From Centroscyllium fabricii (taxonomy: Eukaryota), in NCBI GenBank assembly GCA_051313645.2, contig JBNRSN020000014.1:78926001-78990000 (forward strand): DNA of 64,000 bases, written 5' to 3'. The notes under the pieces are model-generated. The model made no database searches. It saw only the letters and a list, made by a program, of their open reading frames with translations, and was not told where the DNA came from. Of this stretch, positions 24,370 to 37,245 are shown in pieces. A program made the translations under genes and the position numbers. Numbering within the stretch: the stretch's first letter is position 1; each line of letters opens with the position of its first letter.

Positions 24370-27300
24370 CTTGACTTTGTTGAAGAAGTGACCTATTGAG
24401 GATGTTGGAAAGCCCTATGATATAATGCACCAAGACTTCCAAAAAGGTTTTTGATAAAGTTCCACATTAAAGGCTGCTACACAAGCTTATGTCATTGGAT
24501 ATCATTGGTAAAACTTGGCGGTGGATAACGAATTCACTGAAAGAGAGGATACAGTAGGTCCCAGTTAGGGGAGTGATGTTGTGCTGGATAGACGCTCTGA
24601 ATGGATTGCTCTAGGGATCGATGCAGAAGCTTCTTTCTTCTAATCTAAATAAGCATTTTGGCTTCAGAAACGCAAAGTAAGTTGGTCAAATTTGCAGAGT
24701 TACTAAACTGGTGGGGGGGGTGCGGGGTTGGGGGAGGAGGGCAGTAGAGCCTGAGGAAGCAATTGAAGAATTAAAGAAGGACCTAGACAATATTTGTAAG
24801 TGGAGAGAACTATTGCCAATGAGATTCAATACAGTTAAGTGCAAGAATATACGCGTTGGAAGAAAACTGGGACAGGTAATTAATGATGTTGAACTACGAG
24901 GGTAGCGACTGAAAGATCCGGAAGTGACAGTAGACTAAACAGTTTACTTACTTATTAACAACATTTTCTGTTTTCATTTCAAATTTCCAGTTTTTCCTTT
25001 TTATTTTACTGACAATATTGCCAGATCAATAGACTACAAGTCTGAGGCCATCATTGCTCTGGTTAAGCACACCTTGGATACTGTTTCACTTCTGGTCACC
25101 AAGGCACACGGAACTTTTCAAGCCTTGGAAGTGGTGCAAAGAATGGCCACCAGACTGATTGCTCGAATCCAAGGACAGAGTTATGAGGAAGGGTTCCAAA
25201 AATGTGGACACTTCAGCTTTGAAAGCAGGGAAATTTAAAAGGACTTTATAGAGGTATACAAGATACTAATATAATAGCAAAATACTGCAGATGCTGGAAA
25301 TCTGAAATATCCTGTTGGAGAGAAGAACAGAACTTCTTCAAGGTGGGCATTCCTAGAAGAGAGGTGGCAGTGATCCATAGTTCCCCAACGCTGCACAGCC
25401 CGCTTCTACCTCCTTCCCAAGATCCACAAACAGGACTGCCCTGGGAGACCCATCGTTTCAGCCTGTTCTTGCCCCACGGAACTTATCTCTTCCTCTCTCG
25501 ACTCCATTTGTTCTCCCCTTGTTCAGTCTCTCCCCACTTACATTTACGACTCTTCCGACGCCCTCTGTCACTTTAACAGTTTCCCGGCCCCAACCGTCTC
25601 CTTTTCACTATTGACGTCCAATCGCTCTACACCTCCATCTCCCACCAGGACGGCCTGAGGGCGCTCCGTTTCTTCCTTGAACAGAGGCCCGATCAATCCC
25701 CATCCACCACCACCCTCCTCCGCCTGGCTGAACTTGTACTCACATTGAACAACTTCTCCTCTGACTCCACTCACTTCCTCCAAATTAAAGGTGTTGCTAT
25801 GGGAACCCGCATGGGCCCTAGCTATGCCTGCCTGTTCATGGGATACGTAGAACACTCTTTGTTCGAGTCCTACTTGGGTCCCCTCCCTCACCTCTTTTTC
25901 CGGTACATCGATTACTGTATCGGTGCCGTTTCCTGCTCTCGCCCTGAATGAGATGAGTTCATTCACTTTACTTCCAATTTCCACCCTTCCCTCACCTTCA
26001 CATGGTCCATCTCCGCCTCTTCCCTTCCCTTCCTTGACTTCTCTGTCTCCATCTCTGACGATCGGTTCTCGACAAACATCCACTACAAGCCCACCGACTC
26101 CCACAGCTACCTGGACTACACTTCCTCCCACCCGCTTCCTGTAAGGACTCTATTCCATTTTCCCAGTTTCTTCGTCTCCGCCGTGTCTGTTCTGACGATG
26201 CCACCTTCTGTACCAGTGCTTCCGACATGTCTTCCTTTTTCCTCAACCGAGGATTCCCCTCTACTGTGGTTGACATGGCCCTTGACCATGTCCGTTCCAT
26301 TTCCCGCACATCTGCTCTCACCCCTTCCCCTCCCTCCCAGAACCACGATAGGGTTCCCCTTGTCCTCATCTTTCACCCCACTAGCCTCCACATTCAACGG
26401 ATCATCCTCCGCCATTTCCGCCACCTCCAACGTGATCCCACCACCAAACACATCATCCCCTTTCAGCATTCCGAAGGGACCTCTCCCTCCGCGACACCCT
26501 GGTCCACTCATCAATCACCCCTAACAGCCCTTCTCCTTCTCCTGGCACCTTCCCGTGCAAGCGCAGGAGATGCAACACCTGCCCTTTCACTTCCTCCCTT
26601 CCCACTCTCCAGGGCCCCAAACACCCCTTCCAGGTGAAACAGCGATTTACTTGTACTTCTTGCAATTTAATGTACTGTATTCGCTGCTCATGATGCGGCC
26701 TCCTCTACATTGGGGAGACCAAACGTAGATTGGGTGACCGCTTTGCGGAACACTTCTGTTCAGTCCGTAAGGGTGATCCTGAGCTTCCAGTCGCCTGTCA
26801 CTTTAATTCTCCGCTTCACTCCCACTCTGATCTCTCTGTCCTCGGCCTCTTACACTGTCCCAGTGAAGCTCAACGTAAGCTCGAGGAACAGCCCCTCATT
26901 TTTCGATTAGACACTTTATAGCTGTCCAGGCTCAATATCGAGTTCAACAATTTCAGATAATAGTCTCTGCCCCCATTTTTCATGCTGTATGATTTTGCCA
27001 TTCCCATTTGCTACATTTTCACGGCATGTTCTTTCAATCCTTCCTCCCCTCCAAACCGCCCCCCCTCGCAACTGCCTCTGCACCTGCTTAATAGCTGTTA
27101 CTTTTCCAGTTTATTCCAGTTCCAATGAAGGGTCCAGGACCCGAAACGTTAACACTGTTTCTCTCTCCACGGATGTGGCCTGGCCGGCTGAGTATTTCCA
27201 GCATTTTCTGTTGTTATACAAGATGCTAGTTGGAATTGAAAAGGTTAATCCTAAATACAATTTCAGATACAACCACAAGGAATCATAATACAAACTTGCA

Positions 27301-27445
27301 AAAGGCAAGTTCAGGTCTGATAGCAGCGCAAACATCCTCGCACAAAATGACTAATATCTGGAGTGGTCTTATGGGAAGGAAACAAATCCTCGCTTCATTT
27401 AAAAGGCATTTGGATGCATTTATTGAGGGCTCGTAAGTTTGTATT
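24370..27445 (+). mobile_element. Heavily decayed CR1 LINE, interrupted by the Penelope element
   Basis: Remnants GACTTCCAAAAAGGTTTTTGATAAAGTTCCACA, AAATTTGCAGA and AGAGGTATACAAGATA, resuming at TATACAAGATG after 27212. Confidence 0.55.
25273..27212 (+). mobile_element. Penelope-like retroelement (RT plus GIY-YIG endonuclease, disrupted), with inverted 5' terminal fragment
   Basis: RT motifs QIKGVAMGTRMGPSYACLFMG and FFRYIDY, then YCIRC..CGLLYIGETKRRLGDRFAEH (GIY-YIG). Stops and frameshifts present. 25273-25310 is an inverted copy of the 3' tail. Confidence 0.92.
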
Positions 27446-27724
27446 AGTTAGATGGGTGCGGATGGTGCACTGTGTCGTGGTCCTTCTTGCTAAGGTTTTG
27501 TGAACTGGCCAATCAGACTGCTTGGAAGACTTGCTAATTGGAGACTCCTGTGCTGATTCACAAGGCTCTTTGCCATAGTGACCAGATGGGTAGCCAGATC
27601 TTTATTGGAACAACATGTAGAAAGCAGTTGCTTCATAATTTGTCAAGTGAATGCTGAAGTTATAAAATGGCCTTGTCTTTCTCCTTGATTAAAGTAATTG
27701 TGATTCTCTTTCTAACTGATTCAG

Positions 27725-27810
27725 GGCCACTACGGTGCGATACAAAGGCCGCAATTTGCGTATAAAGGCACCAATGTGCCGAGCTTTGAAAAAACTCTGC
27801 GATCCTGATG
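27725..27810 (+). CDS. CRAMP1: CRAMP1 coding exon 6 (ATTVRYKGRNLRIKAPMCRALKKLCDPD)
   Basis: TTCAG acceptor with CTAAC branch-like motif, G|GTAAGT donor, phase 2 to 1. Confidence 0.96.
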
Positions 27811-28268
27811 GTAAGTTCTAGAAAGTGATGTTTGTAACCAAGTAAAATTAAATTCCTGAGGATCTGTTTTAAGAAGATATTAGCAGCAGCCAAGGGGCAA
27901 GAGGAAGGACATATAGAGGGAAGGTGTGAGTCTTTGCATCTCATGGCATACTATTGGAGCAAATAAGTTATTAAATCTGACAAAGAGCTGGTGATGCAGA
28001 AACGGGCAGTGAGTGAATGTGAAACTGGTATTTATTCAGATTTACTGATGAGATTTTCAGCTTTTATCTGAAGGGGATTTCCAACTGATTATGAAGATAG
28101 TGAATACAGAATAACAAATTCCTCCTATTGCTTTCTCATCTCAATCTGTATTGATATCCTGAGATCAGGTCTGTCAGGTAACAATTAAAAAATCTATTAA
28201 ATTAATACTGCTCCCCTTTTTTTGCAATTATGAAAGAGCGCAAGCTCTTTTTTTCCTCTGTCATAATA

Positions 28269-28953
28269 CAGGTTGTGCACCATTAATCCGCCACGGGCGG
28301 GACCAGGCCCGTGCCGGGAAACTGAAAAAATCGGGAGAACGAAGTTGGACACTGCGCATGCGCACCATGCAAAATGGCCGCGCGCATGCGCACAACATTG
28401 GGATTGGCTGACGCGCGCATGCGCAGATCAACCAATAATGGCCGCCGCGAAGTTTTTTGAGGGGCTCAGGCTTGTGTGGCGTTCCGTTTGCCTTTTAGGG
28501 CTGTCGGGCAGCAGTGAAAGGCCGGTCTTGCAGGGGGGGAAGGAGGGTTGTGCGGGCGCGGGTCGGGCCCAGTAGGTCCGCCTTCCCTCTCCATCGCCTT
28601 TCGGGTTGCTGCTGCCGCCGAGCCAGACTCAGGCTGACAGCTGTTGCCTAGTGACTGTCCGCCTCAGTCACGGGGCTCAGCTGTCGAGAAAATAACCGGC
28701 GGCCGGCCGTATTGAATTATCTGCGCATGCGCTAGCCGTCCGGCGACGCATGCGCAGATCATTCAAAACACCCGGCAGCCGTTTTGAATGATCTGCGCAT
28801 GCGCTCGCCGGACGGCTAGCGCATGCGCAGATCATTCGCCGAAGCCGCGATGGCAGCTGCCATCTTGCGCATGCGCAGTGCAGTCGGGGCAATTTGTGCC
28901 AGCAGACTGAAGCTGCCGGCTTTTCGGGACACGGATTTTCGGTGCACAACCTG
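28269..28953 (-). mobile_element. MITE family A, copy A2 (inverted relative to A1)
   Basis: Same TIRs and TA duplication. Near-identical reverse complement of A1 plus about 150 bp of extra internal sequence. Confidence 0.9.
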
Positions 28954-29673
28954 TACCTATTTGGAGCTTTGCTATGTAGTAGATTTAAAAAAAATCCTTT
29001 TATTCCTTTGCATTGGAAGGTATTCCTTGATAGTAATATATCATACTCCTTCTTTACACTTCCTCTATACATTAAATGAGATAGTGGATACCAGTTAGTA
29101 AGTTGCAAGGGTGTAATTCAAGATTTCCACTGACCAGGACAGTCTGCTTGGGTCATTGATGGGATCTAAAGGAGTCCTCAGTGGGGTTAGGGATTCTTTC
29201 CTGTCTGCCAGAAGCAACCCTGCAAACCAACGCCCTAATAAGTAGGGTGGCCACAACTGAACAAGCAGCAGGAAGCTTGCCAGTGCTCTGTATTGGTAAG
29301 CTGCTTTGGTTTAAGCTGGTTAAACTTCAGCAGTACTTCTGAGTACACTTGGGGATTCCTAAGCCTTGGCATAGGCCTGCCTCTCTGTTCTCTGGGCTTA
29401 GCTAAATGGGATGTGCCCTTATTGGGACAATGTGCTTCATATTGCAATAAAAACACTATATAGACTTTTCACTGGTTTGGTTAGAGACTATTGAGGATGG
29501 TGATGGATTTTTGTACATGCCAGAAACCTGGCTGATCAAAAAAAGCTTGATCCATTACCTGAAAGTCCAGAAGCCAAGATTTAAATTAGAATTGTATACA
29601 CATTTTTCATTTCCATGTTTACTCGGCACTTCTGTCAACTTTTTGCATTATAAATTCCTGTGACCACATTTAT

Positions 29674-30444
29674 AATGGCCCAGAAATTCAGGTCGGAGGC
29701 TTCCCGCGGGTGCAAGCCGTTGACCTGCACTTACTTAGCGCGCCGGCTGTTGAGCTGCTGGCCCGCGTGGGATTCTGATCCTGGGCCTCCTCCAACTGCC
29801 GGCGTGCAGTGCTTGCGTATCCCTGGGGCGCAGTTCGTTCGAAGCGTCCCTGGGATCACGTGGGCCATGGAGAGCCAATGGTAGCAGGAAATGCTTCATT
29901 TATAAATTTGACAGGAAGAGCTGTCAAATCTATGAATACAATAAGCCCCAAAACATAACACAAACTTCAAATACATTTTTTTGATCACATTTTTAAATAA
30001 CTATAAATTACATAAAATAACTATTTTAAACAATAATTAAAAAATTTGAAAAAATTAATTAATTACAGTTTCTAACGGGGCTAAAAATAAACTTACCTTT
30101 CTTTAAAGTATTTAAAAATAAATTAAACCTGTGGGGGAAAAAAAGTTTTCATTTTACTTATTCACCACTTACCTTGTTAAAAACAGGCCTTGCGCCTGCT
30201 TTTTAAAAGTGTAACTGCTGGAGACGTACCCTCCCAGAGAAACCTGCAAAAAAAACGTAAGTTCCAGGTGAACGCGCTGCCTCTCCAGCGCACGCATTCG
30301 ACCTGTGAACCCCTCCCTTAAGGGAACGGAAGTGCCGGTTTCCCGCGCATGTGCAGTGCATGCACGAAACCGGCACTTTCGTTGGGCCTATGGGTGAGTA
30401 CACGCTGTGTACTCACCCGTGGAGACTCGAATTTCTGGGCCATT
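29674..30444. mobile_element. Non-autonomous TIR element with GC-rich arms and an AT-rich core (family E)
   Basis: Perfect 16-bp inverted ends AATGGCCCAGAAATTC / GAATTTCTGGGCCATT. The left arm resembles 59340-59480. Confidence 0.7.
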
Positions 30445-30934
30445 GAAAACTGGTCATTCTGTAGAATTATAGAATGGTTACAACACAAAGAGGCCATTCG
30501 GCCCGTCGAGCCCGTGCCGGCTCTCTGCAAGAGCACTTCAGCTAGTTCCACTCCACTGCCCCTTCCCCGTAGCCCTGTAATTTTTTTCCCTTCAGGTACT
30601 TATCCAATTCCCTTTTGAAAACCACAATTGAATCTGCCTCCACCAGCCTTTCAGGCAGTGCATTCCAGATCATAACCACTCGATGTGTAAAAAAGTTTTC
30701 CCCTCATGTCACCTTAAATCTGTGTCCTCATGTTCTTGATCCTTCCGCCAATGGGAACAGTTTCTCTCGATCTACTCTGTCTAGACCCCCCATGATTTTG
30801 AACACCTCGATCAAATCTCCTCTCAACCGTCTCTGCTCTAAAGAGAGCAACCCCAGCTTCTCTAGTCTATCCACGTAACTGAAGTCCCTCATCCCTGGAA
30901 CTGTTCTTGTAAATATTTTCTGTACCCTCTCTTA

Positions 30935-31580
30935 AGCCCCGCTTTCACTGAGGCTACGAATATGCCGAATCGTAATTCGTGGAGATTCGGCAAAAAATGA
31001 GAAATTTCGTGGAGATTTGGGAATTATTCGTGGCTAATCGGCTTGAAAGATATGCCGAATGTCAAGAATGGTTTAAGAAACAAGTACGAATTCAAAGAAT
31101 CAGGTAAGAATTTAACGAATAAGGTACGACTCACTTACGAATGTGCCGAATTATTGTACGAATCCACTACGACCGATTCGTACTTGATTCGTAATACATT
31201 CTGGACATTCGTGCCTGTTTCGTGATGTATTCGGCGTGGGTCCACGAATTTGAGGGAGTCACGAATGCCCAAGAATAGGCCAGAATGCAGAAGAAGCGAT
31301 TACGAAGCGGTTACGGACGATAAGAAAGGTTCACGAAGTGTTTACGATGCATGTACGAATTTGAAATTCGTGAACCCTCCCACGAAAGTTTTTGACAAGC
31401 AAAAACTTTCGTGCCGGATCGACGAACTCACGCGAACTGTACGAATGTTTAGGAATCAACTAAGAATCAACTAAGAATCATTTAAGAACTGCAAGAAACG
31501 TTTGAGAATTATCTACGAACCGGACAAATTTCAGATTCGGGACGATTCGGGATATTCGTAGCCTCAGTGAAAGCGAGGCA
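30935..31580 (+). mobile_element. PIF/Harbinger-type MITE family C, copy C1
   Basis: TIR AGCCCCGCTTTCACTGAGGCTACGAA / TTCGTAGCCTCAGTGAAAGCGAGGCA with TTA and TAA flanks. Confidence 0.85.
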
Positions 31581-31806
31581 TAAGGCCTTCACATCTTTCC
31601 CAAAGTACGGTGTCCAGAATTGGACACACTACTCCAGTTTGTTTTATAAAGGTTCATCATTACTTCCTTGCTTTTGTACTCTATGCCTCTATTTATAAAA
31701 CCCAGGATTCTGTGTGTTCTTTCAGTTGCTTTCTGAATCTGTCCTGCCACCTTCAACAATTTGTGCACATATAACCCCAGGTCTCTGTCTTCATGCATCT
31801 CCTTTA

Positions 31807-32495
31807 AGCCCCGCTTTCACTGGAGGCTAAGAATATCAAGAATATCAAGAATCGTCACGTATCGAAATTCGTGGCGATTCGGCAAAAAATGTGAAAATTC
31901 GTGGTGGATTCGGGAGGAGCTACGAATCCACTACGAATTGATTACGAATTATTCGTGCCGAATGTCAAGAATCGTTTAAGAAACAAGTACGAATTCAAAG
32001 AATCAGGTAAGAATTTAACGAACTCACTTACGAATGTGCCGAATTACTGTACGAATCCACTACGACCGATTCGTACTTGATTCGTACCTGATTCGTGGAC
32101 ATTCGTGCCTGTTTCGTGATGTATTCGGCGTGGGTCCACGAATTTGAGGGAGTCAAGAATGCACCAAGAATATACAAGAATGCAGAAGAAGCGATTAAGA
32201 AACGGTTAAGAAGGATAAGAAAGGGTTAAGAACGATAAGAAAGGGTCACGAATTGTTTAGGAATCTATCACGAATTGGACATTCGTTAACCCTCCCACGA
32301 AATTTTTTGACAAACAAAAACTTTCTTGAAAAATCAAAGAAATCACGCGAACTTACGCGAACTCTACGAATCATCTACGAATCAACCACGAATCAACCAC
32401 GAATCGTTTACGAATTGCAAGAATTACCCACGAATCGGACAAATTTCAGATTCGGGACGATTCGGCAATTCGTAGCCTCCAGTGAAAGCGGGGCT
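31807..32495 (+). mobile_element. PIF/Harbinger-type MITE family C, copy C2
   Basis: TIR AGCCCCGCTTTCACTGGAGGCTA / TAGCCTCCAGTGAAAGCGGGGCT with an exact TTA duplication. Confidence 0.9.
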
Positions 32496-33173
32496 TTAGA
32501 ATTGTACCCTTAAGATTATATTGCCTCTCCGCGTTCTTCCTACCAAAATGTATCACTTTGCACTTTTCTGCGTTAAATTTCATCTGCCACGTGTCTGCCC
32601 TTCTGCCAGTGGAGGCACTGCACCCCCACCATTGACTGGAGGGTATAATTACAACATGACAAGTTTAAAGCTTCTCTCATTCCTCTTTTGCTCCTCTCTG
32701 TCTTTTCTTCTTTCCTTTTGGGTAACAGGTGGTGGATAGTGTGGCGACGAAAGAGACCACCAAGGCTGCAGTCTGAATTTGGGGTGACGTTTTGAGGAAA
32801 ATATGGCCCTTGGAAACCCCCTTCCCAACCCTACCTGAATCACTTGTACTTCCTCTCACCCCCTTCCTCCATTTACTGCCCCATACCTTTTATTTTACCA
32901 GTATCTCTTCTATTTCCCACCACCCCCTCACTACCACCAGTACCCTTACCTCTTCCCCATCAAACTACATGCTTAACCTTTGTATTCTCCCCTCCTTTTT
33001 GTTTTTCTGTCACTCATCTCATCCTCTTCCCCCCGCCCCCCATTGGCTCTCTTCCTGTGGGTGAATGGCAAGAGGCTGGAGGCCTCCTGTCTCTCCCTTT
33101 TCTCCTTCTACTCCCCCCCCCCCCCCCCCCCCCCACCAAACTATCTTTTAACTGTCTTTTTTATTGTTCTTAG

Positions 33174-33297
33174 GAATTAGCGATGAAGAGGATCAGAAAC
33201 CCGTCCGACTTCCTCTGAAAGTGCTCCTTGAACTCCTGCCACGCAGTAACTACACCTGGGCAAGAGTTCAGAGTTTGGCACAGAATCCTCGACTAAG
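33174..33297 (+). CDS. CRAMP1: CRAMP1 coding exon 7 (ISDEEDQKPVRLPLKVLLELLPRSNYTWARVQSLAQNPRLR)
   Basis: TTCTTAG acceptor, AG|GTAGAG donor, phase 1 to 2. Conserved second domain of CRAMP1. Confidence 0.96.
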
Positions 33298-34254
33298 GTA
33301 GAGGCTGAATTTCTAATCTGTTTATCTATGATCGATTCAATCCTTTGTTTTACCGATGACCAAATAGAGAGCCTACCCTATTGTGCACTTGTGTTGCCTT
33401 TTTGTAGCTTCCTTTTATATAGCACAACTCGAGAGAGTCTCTCAGTGTGAAACGTTTATATAAGTAAACAAAAGTCCTGCGTGAGTTAAATACTCCAGGC
33501 TTTTTATTGGCATTTAGCAGAACAGGACTTGAGAGCCTTATTAACAAATGTGCCAACTGGAGGGGAACTGATTTTTGCGTCAGTAGGTATTGCTTAACAG
33601 CTATTTTGAATGGGTTATTTGAGACAAAGTATACTTAATGGTTGTACATACCATAAACAGTTTACATATGATGTACTATAGAAATTATTAATTTAATGTC
33701 AAAGAGGAAACTAACTACGGGCCATTTCCCAGCCTTGTTAACATTATTGAACGCTCAATTTAGTTGAATTGAATCAGTCACCCTAGAATATTCCTTCGTC
33801 AGTGACCAGTGGTAAACTTGATTTTTCTTGTATTCCCCTCATCTATTCCTCCCTACATCCAGAGGTGAATAAAGTGGGCAGGCCTCCAATTGTCTGCCAG
33901 TTGATCTGCTTTGGAAATCTCCTCCCTGCAATTCCATAACTCCCTGTGTTGGTATGACAGATCAAGAACTCTCCATGTGCAGAATGATGGATGTAAATCC
34001 ACATCCATCCACTTTATGAAGCAATATGTTGCCGCTTTTGTATGCTTTGTCACTTCATAACTAAGGAGTTAAAGTTGATTCTGGAGTTTCTCTGCTGGGA
34101 GCTATCAATTGCATTTGTGAGCCGAATGACGGCATATTTTATTTTTAGTCCTTCACTTTAAACAGCATCCCTAATGACTGAGTTACAATATGCAATGTGA
34201 TATTGTTATTAGCAATACACTCTCTTTGATGGACCAGGTTTTATTGCCTTGCAG

Positions 34255-34336
34255 GATGATGGTGGAGCTGCACCGGAAAGTTTCCAGTCTCATTGAATTC
34301 CTTAAACATAAATGGGCTTTACAAGAATTCAGAATT
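34255..34336 (+). CDS. CRAMP1: CRAMP1 coding exon 8 (MMVELHRKVSSLIEFLKHKWALQEFRI)
   Basis: TTGCAG acceptor. Ends at the U12-type donor GTATCCTTTT, phase 2 to 0. Confidence 0.95.
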
Positions 34337-35154
34337 GTATCCTTTTCAACTAACGGCAAACGAAGAAACCCTGAGACCAATTTAACAGCGAACCCCAGGT
34401 GGACAGTTGGTGAAGCATGCCTGCCAGATGTCCTCAGTGAGACCCTAGCCATTTTAATGGTCGGGCCTCATTTGCTTGCGATTGGCAAACTGGAAGCGCT
34501 GAAGCAGCGCTCACAGGCAGCTCGCTGATCGGGGGTGGGGGGAAATCTGGTGACGTCTCTGTGGAGCCAAGCTTAAAATGGGGAGGTGACAGGGAGCATG
34601 GAGGGACTGGCAGTGGGTGGGAAGATTTTTCTGGGGCTAGAAGGAAGCTCCACATTCCTCCTGTTCCAGCCTTACCATTGCTGTTTTTGTGAGTGGCCTG
34701 TAGTAGTCCCTTTTAAGGACCGCTGGTTAGGCCGCTCTACGCCTAGTACCAATGGGCAGACCACGTATGGCACATACTCTGCCCATTGGTACCTGAAAAA
34801 ACTGCATCGGGGCCTTAAGTACATCATTGGACATGATTTGCTTGCCTTAATGAGGCGCCTATCCATTTCTATGACTGGCTGGATTGGTAGTGGCAACAGG
34901 GCAGGAACTTCAACGCCATAATTTTCAGAGCACTGCCGCCTCATTCCCACAGAGTGGAGGCAGTGAAAATCGGCCCCCGTGTGTGATATATGGATATGCT
35001 TGGGAGCAAAACCACGGTATATCATCTTTTGTTCCTCTACCTTTCTTTTAAAATGTGTTTTCTCCTTTTTAACATCCCCTTGCGCATGGCTTGTGCTATT
35101 CCCCAGCTGAGGGAAAGTGGAGCCCTTCACCCCAGCCTTTGCCAAAGACACAGA

Positions 35155-36092
35155 GGGCAGAATTTTCCTCAAGGTGCGGAAACCTGGTGGGTTTTGGGCG
35201 GGTCAGGTTTCTGACCCGCCCGCTCAAAGGCCTGGGAGGCTGACACAATTTTGCCTCAAGTGGCCAATTAAATCCCTGCCTGTCACAGCCGTTTCGAATA
35301 CACACTTTTTAGTCAGAAAGCGTGGGGCGTGCTTCCAGTTTGTGGACTACAGGTGGGCTTTTGATTGACAGGCCTGAAGAGTTTCTCTGCTGAGAGTCAT
35401 AATGCAGTGCCAATAGCTGAGAAACCACAAAGCCTGATTGACAGTTGTGAAGTGGTTGTTTTCTTTCAATGTTGAAAGAAGGCATTGTGAGTCATAATGC
35501 TATGTAAACAGATGAAACCACAAATCTAAGAGTGACAGCTTTAAGTAGGCTGGCTGTTTGTGGTTTCATTGGAATGTAGACAGAAACTGATCCTCTGGGT
35601 GATTGACAGCTTGCTTCACAGACACGGCTCGCAGCGCGATGTGTGAATGACTGGGACGCATCTGCAGGTAAGTGATTTTAAGTTCTTTGGGCACTGAAGT
35701 TTGGCACCCTTGGGTGCCAGTTGCACCTCCAGCATGGTGGAGGCTAGCAAGCTGCTGTGTGGCTGCTGTACCCATGCCTTGAAGGTGGCAGTCACCCAGC
35801 CGATTGGGTGCCCGCCAGCTTTCAACGGTGGTGTTTTCACCAGGCAGGTTTTGGGTGGGAAGAGGGTGAAAGTTGCAAGGGGCCCTTAAAATGGCATTAC
35901 CGATGCCAATTAAGGGCCCCTAATGAGGTTAACGAGCATCCCCGCCGATGCCGGGCGGGTCAGTTGGTCCTGCCGGGTGAAACTGACAAGGGCGCGAGAA
36001 ACGGGCGGGACGGGTCGCGGACCCCTGCTTTTGCGATTTTTGTTGCAGTCCCACCCAAAAACCCGCCCTACGGTCCGATGAAAATTCTGCCC
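35155..36092. mobile_element. Non-autonomous TIR element
   Basis: Inverted ends GGGCAGAATTTTC / GAAAATTCTGCCC. The interior resembles 58700-59300 in reverse orientation. Confidence 0.65.
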
Positions 36093-36424
36093 CGAATATA
36101 TCTTAATGCGTGTTTCTATGAGGTACACAATTTTTAAAATGTCTTTAGCTGCTATTTAAAAAATTGTCCGGGTAGAATAGATGCTGCGACTTAATGTAAA
36201 TAAATTTATCTTGTCCATGTCTTAATTGTATCTTCAAATGTATATCCCATACCTATGGCCGTTCAGTGCCTCCTGCCTCAGTTGTAATAGCTACATATCC
36301 AGTCTTTACTGTGTCTAATCATCAGTTACCTGCTAATGTTTCATCACCACTAACTTATGTAGGTTTGAACAAACTACACTTGGGTGGTATTAAACCATTG
36401 TGCTGTAGCTAGGTTTATTGTGGT

Positions 36425-37245
36425 AAGTGTCAACCATGGCTCTACCACTCTTGCCTGAGACAGAAGGTTGTAAGCTCAAGCCCCATTGTAGAAATGTGAG
36501 CACATTATCTAGGCTGACATTACAGTGCAGTGCAGCACTGCCGGAAGTGCCGTCTTTTAGATGAGACAACAACAACTTGTATTTATATAGTGTCTTTAAT
36601 GTAGTAAAATGTCCCAAGGCGCTTCACAGGAGTATTATAAAACAAAATTTGACACTGAGCCACATAAGGAGAAATTAGGGTAGGTGACCAAAAGCTTGTT
36701 CAAAGAGGTAGGTTTTAAGGAACATCTTAAAGGAAGACAGAGGTAGCAAGGCGGTGTGCTTTAGGGAGGGCATTCCGTCGGAGAGGTTTAGGGAGACGTT
36801 AAACTGCGGGCCAATGTTCCCTTTAAGCTGCGCAGCGGTCTCGAGGTCCCGGGCAGCCGGTGAGCCGACTTCACAATGCAAAAAAAACCGCACATGCGTG
36901 GAAGATTGAATGGGCCGCGCAGCCTGTTAATGGGGCCATGTGGTCCAAAAGAAATTAGGGGGAGCATTGCTGCAGGCCCAGTCTGCCCTCTCTGGTGAAT
37001 GTAAAAGATCCCGTGGTGCTATTGCAGGACGAGCAGGGAGCTTCTCCTTGTGTCCTAGCCAACATTTATCATTCAACCAATATCACTAAAACAGATTATT
37101 TGGTCATCGGGACCTTGTGTGCAAAATTGGCTGCTGCGCTTCCCTACATTACAACAGTGACTACACTTCAAAAATAGTTCATTGGCTGTGGAAAAACTTT
37201 GCAACATCCTGAAAGGTGCACTATGAATGTAACTTCTTTTGTTTG
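36425..37245 (+). mobile_element. Deu-domain SINE with a nested L2 3' fragment (about 36566-36790, minus) and a nested hAT MITE
   Basis: tRNA-like head remnant, Deu-like core TGTGCAAAATTGGCTGCTGCG...TACATTACAACAGTGACTACACTTCAAAA. The L2 tail matches 13066. Confidence 0.6.
36812..36969. mobile_element. hAT-type MITE
   Basis: Imperfect TIR CAATGTTCCCTTTAA / TTAGGGGGAGCATTG with an 8-bp duplication CTGCGGGC / CTGCAGGC. Confidence 0.75.

Larger units (their letters stand above)
30461..32605 (-). mobile_element. CR1 LINE 3' fragment interrupted by two Harbinger-type MITEs
   Basis: CR1 tail TAGAATTATAGAAT...GGCCATTCGGCCC and the fragment ILGFINRGIEYKSKEVMMNLYK. The sequence reads continuously when the MITEs are removed. 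Confidence 0.8.
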
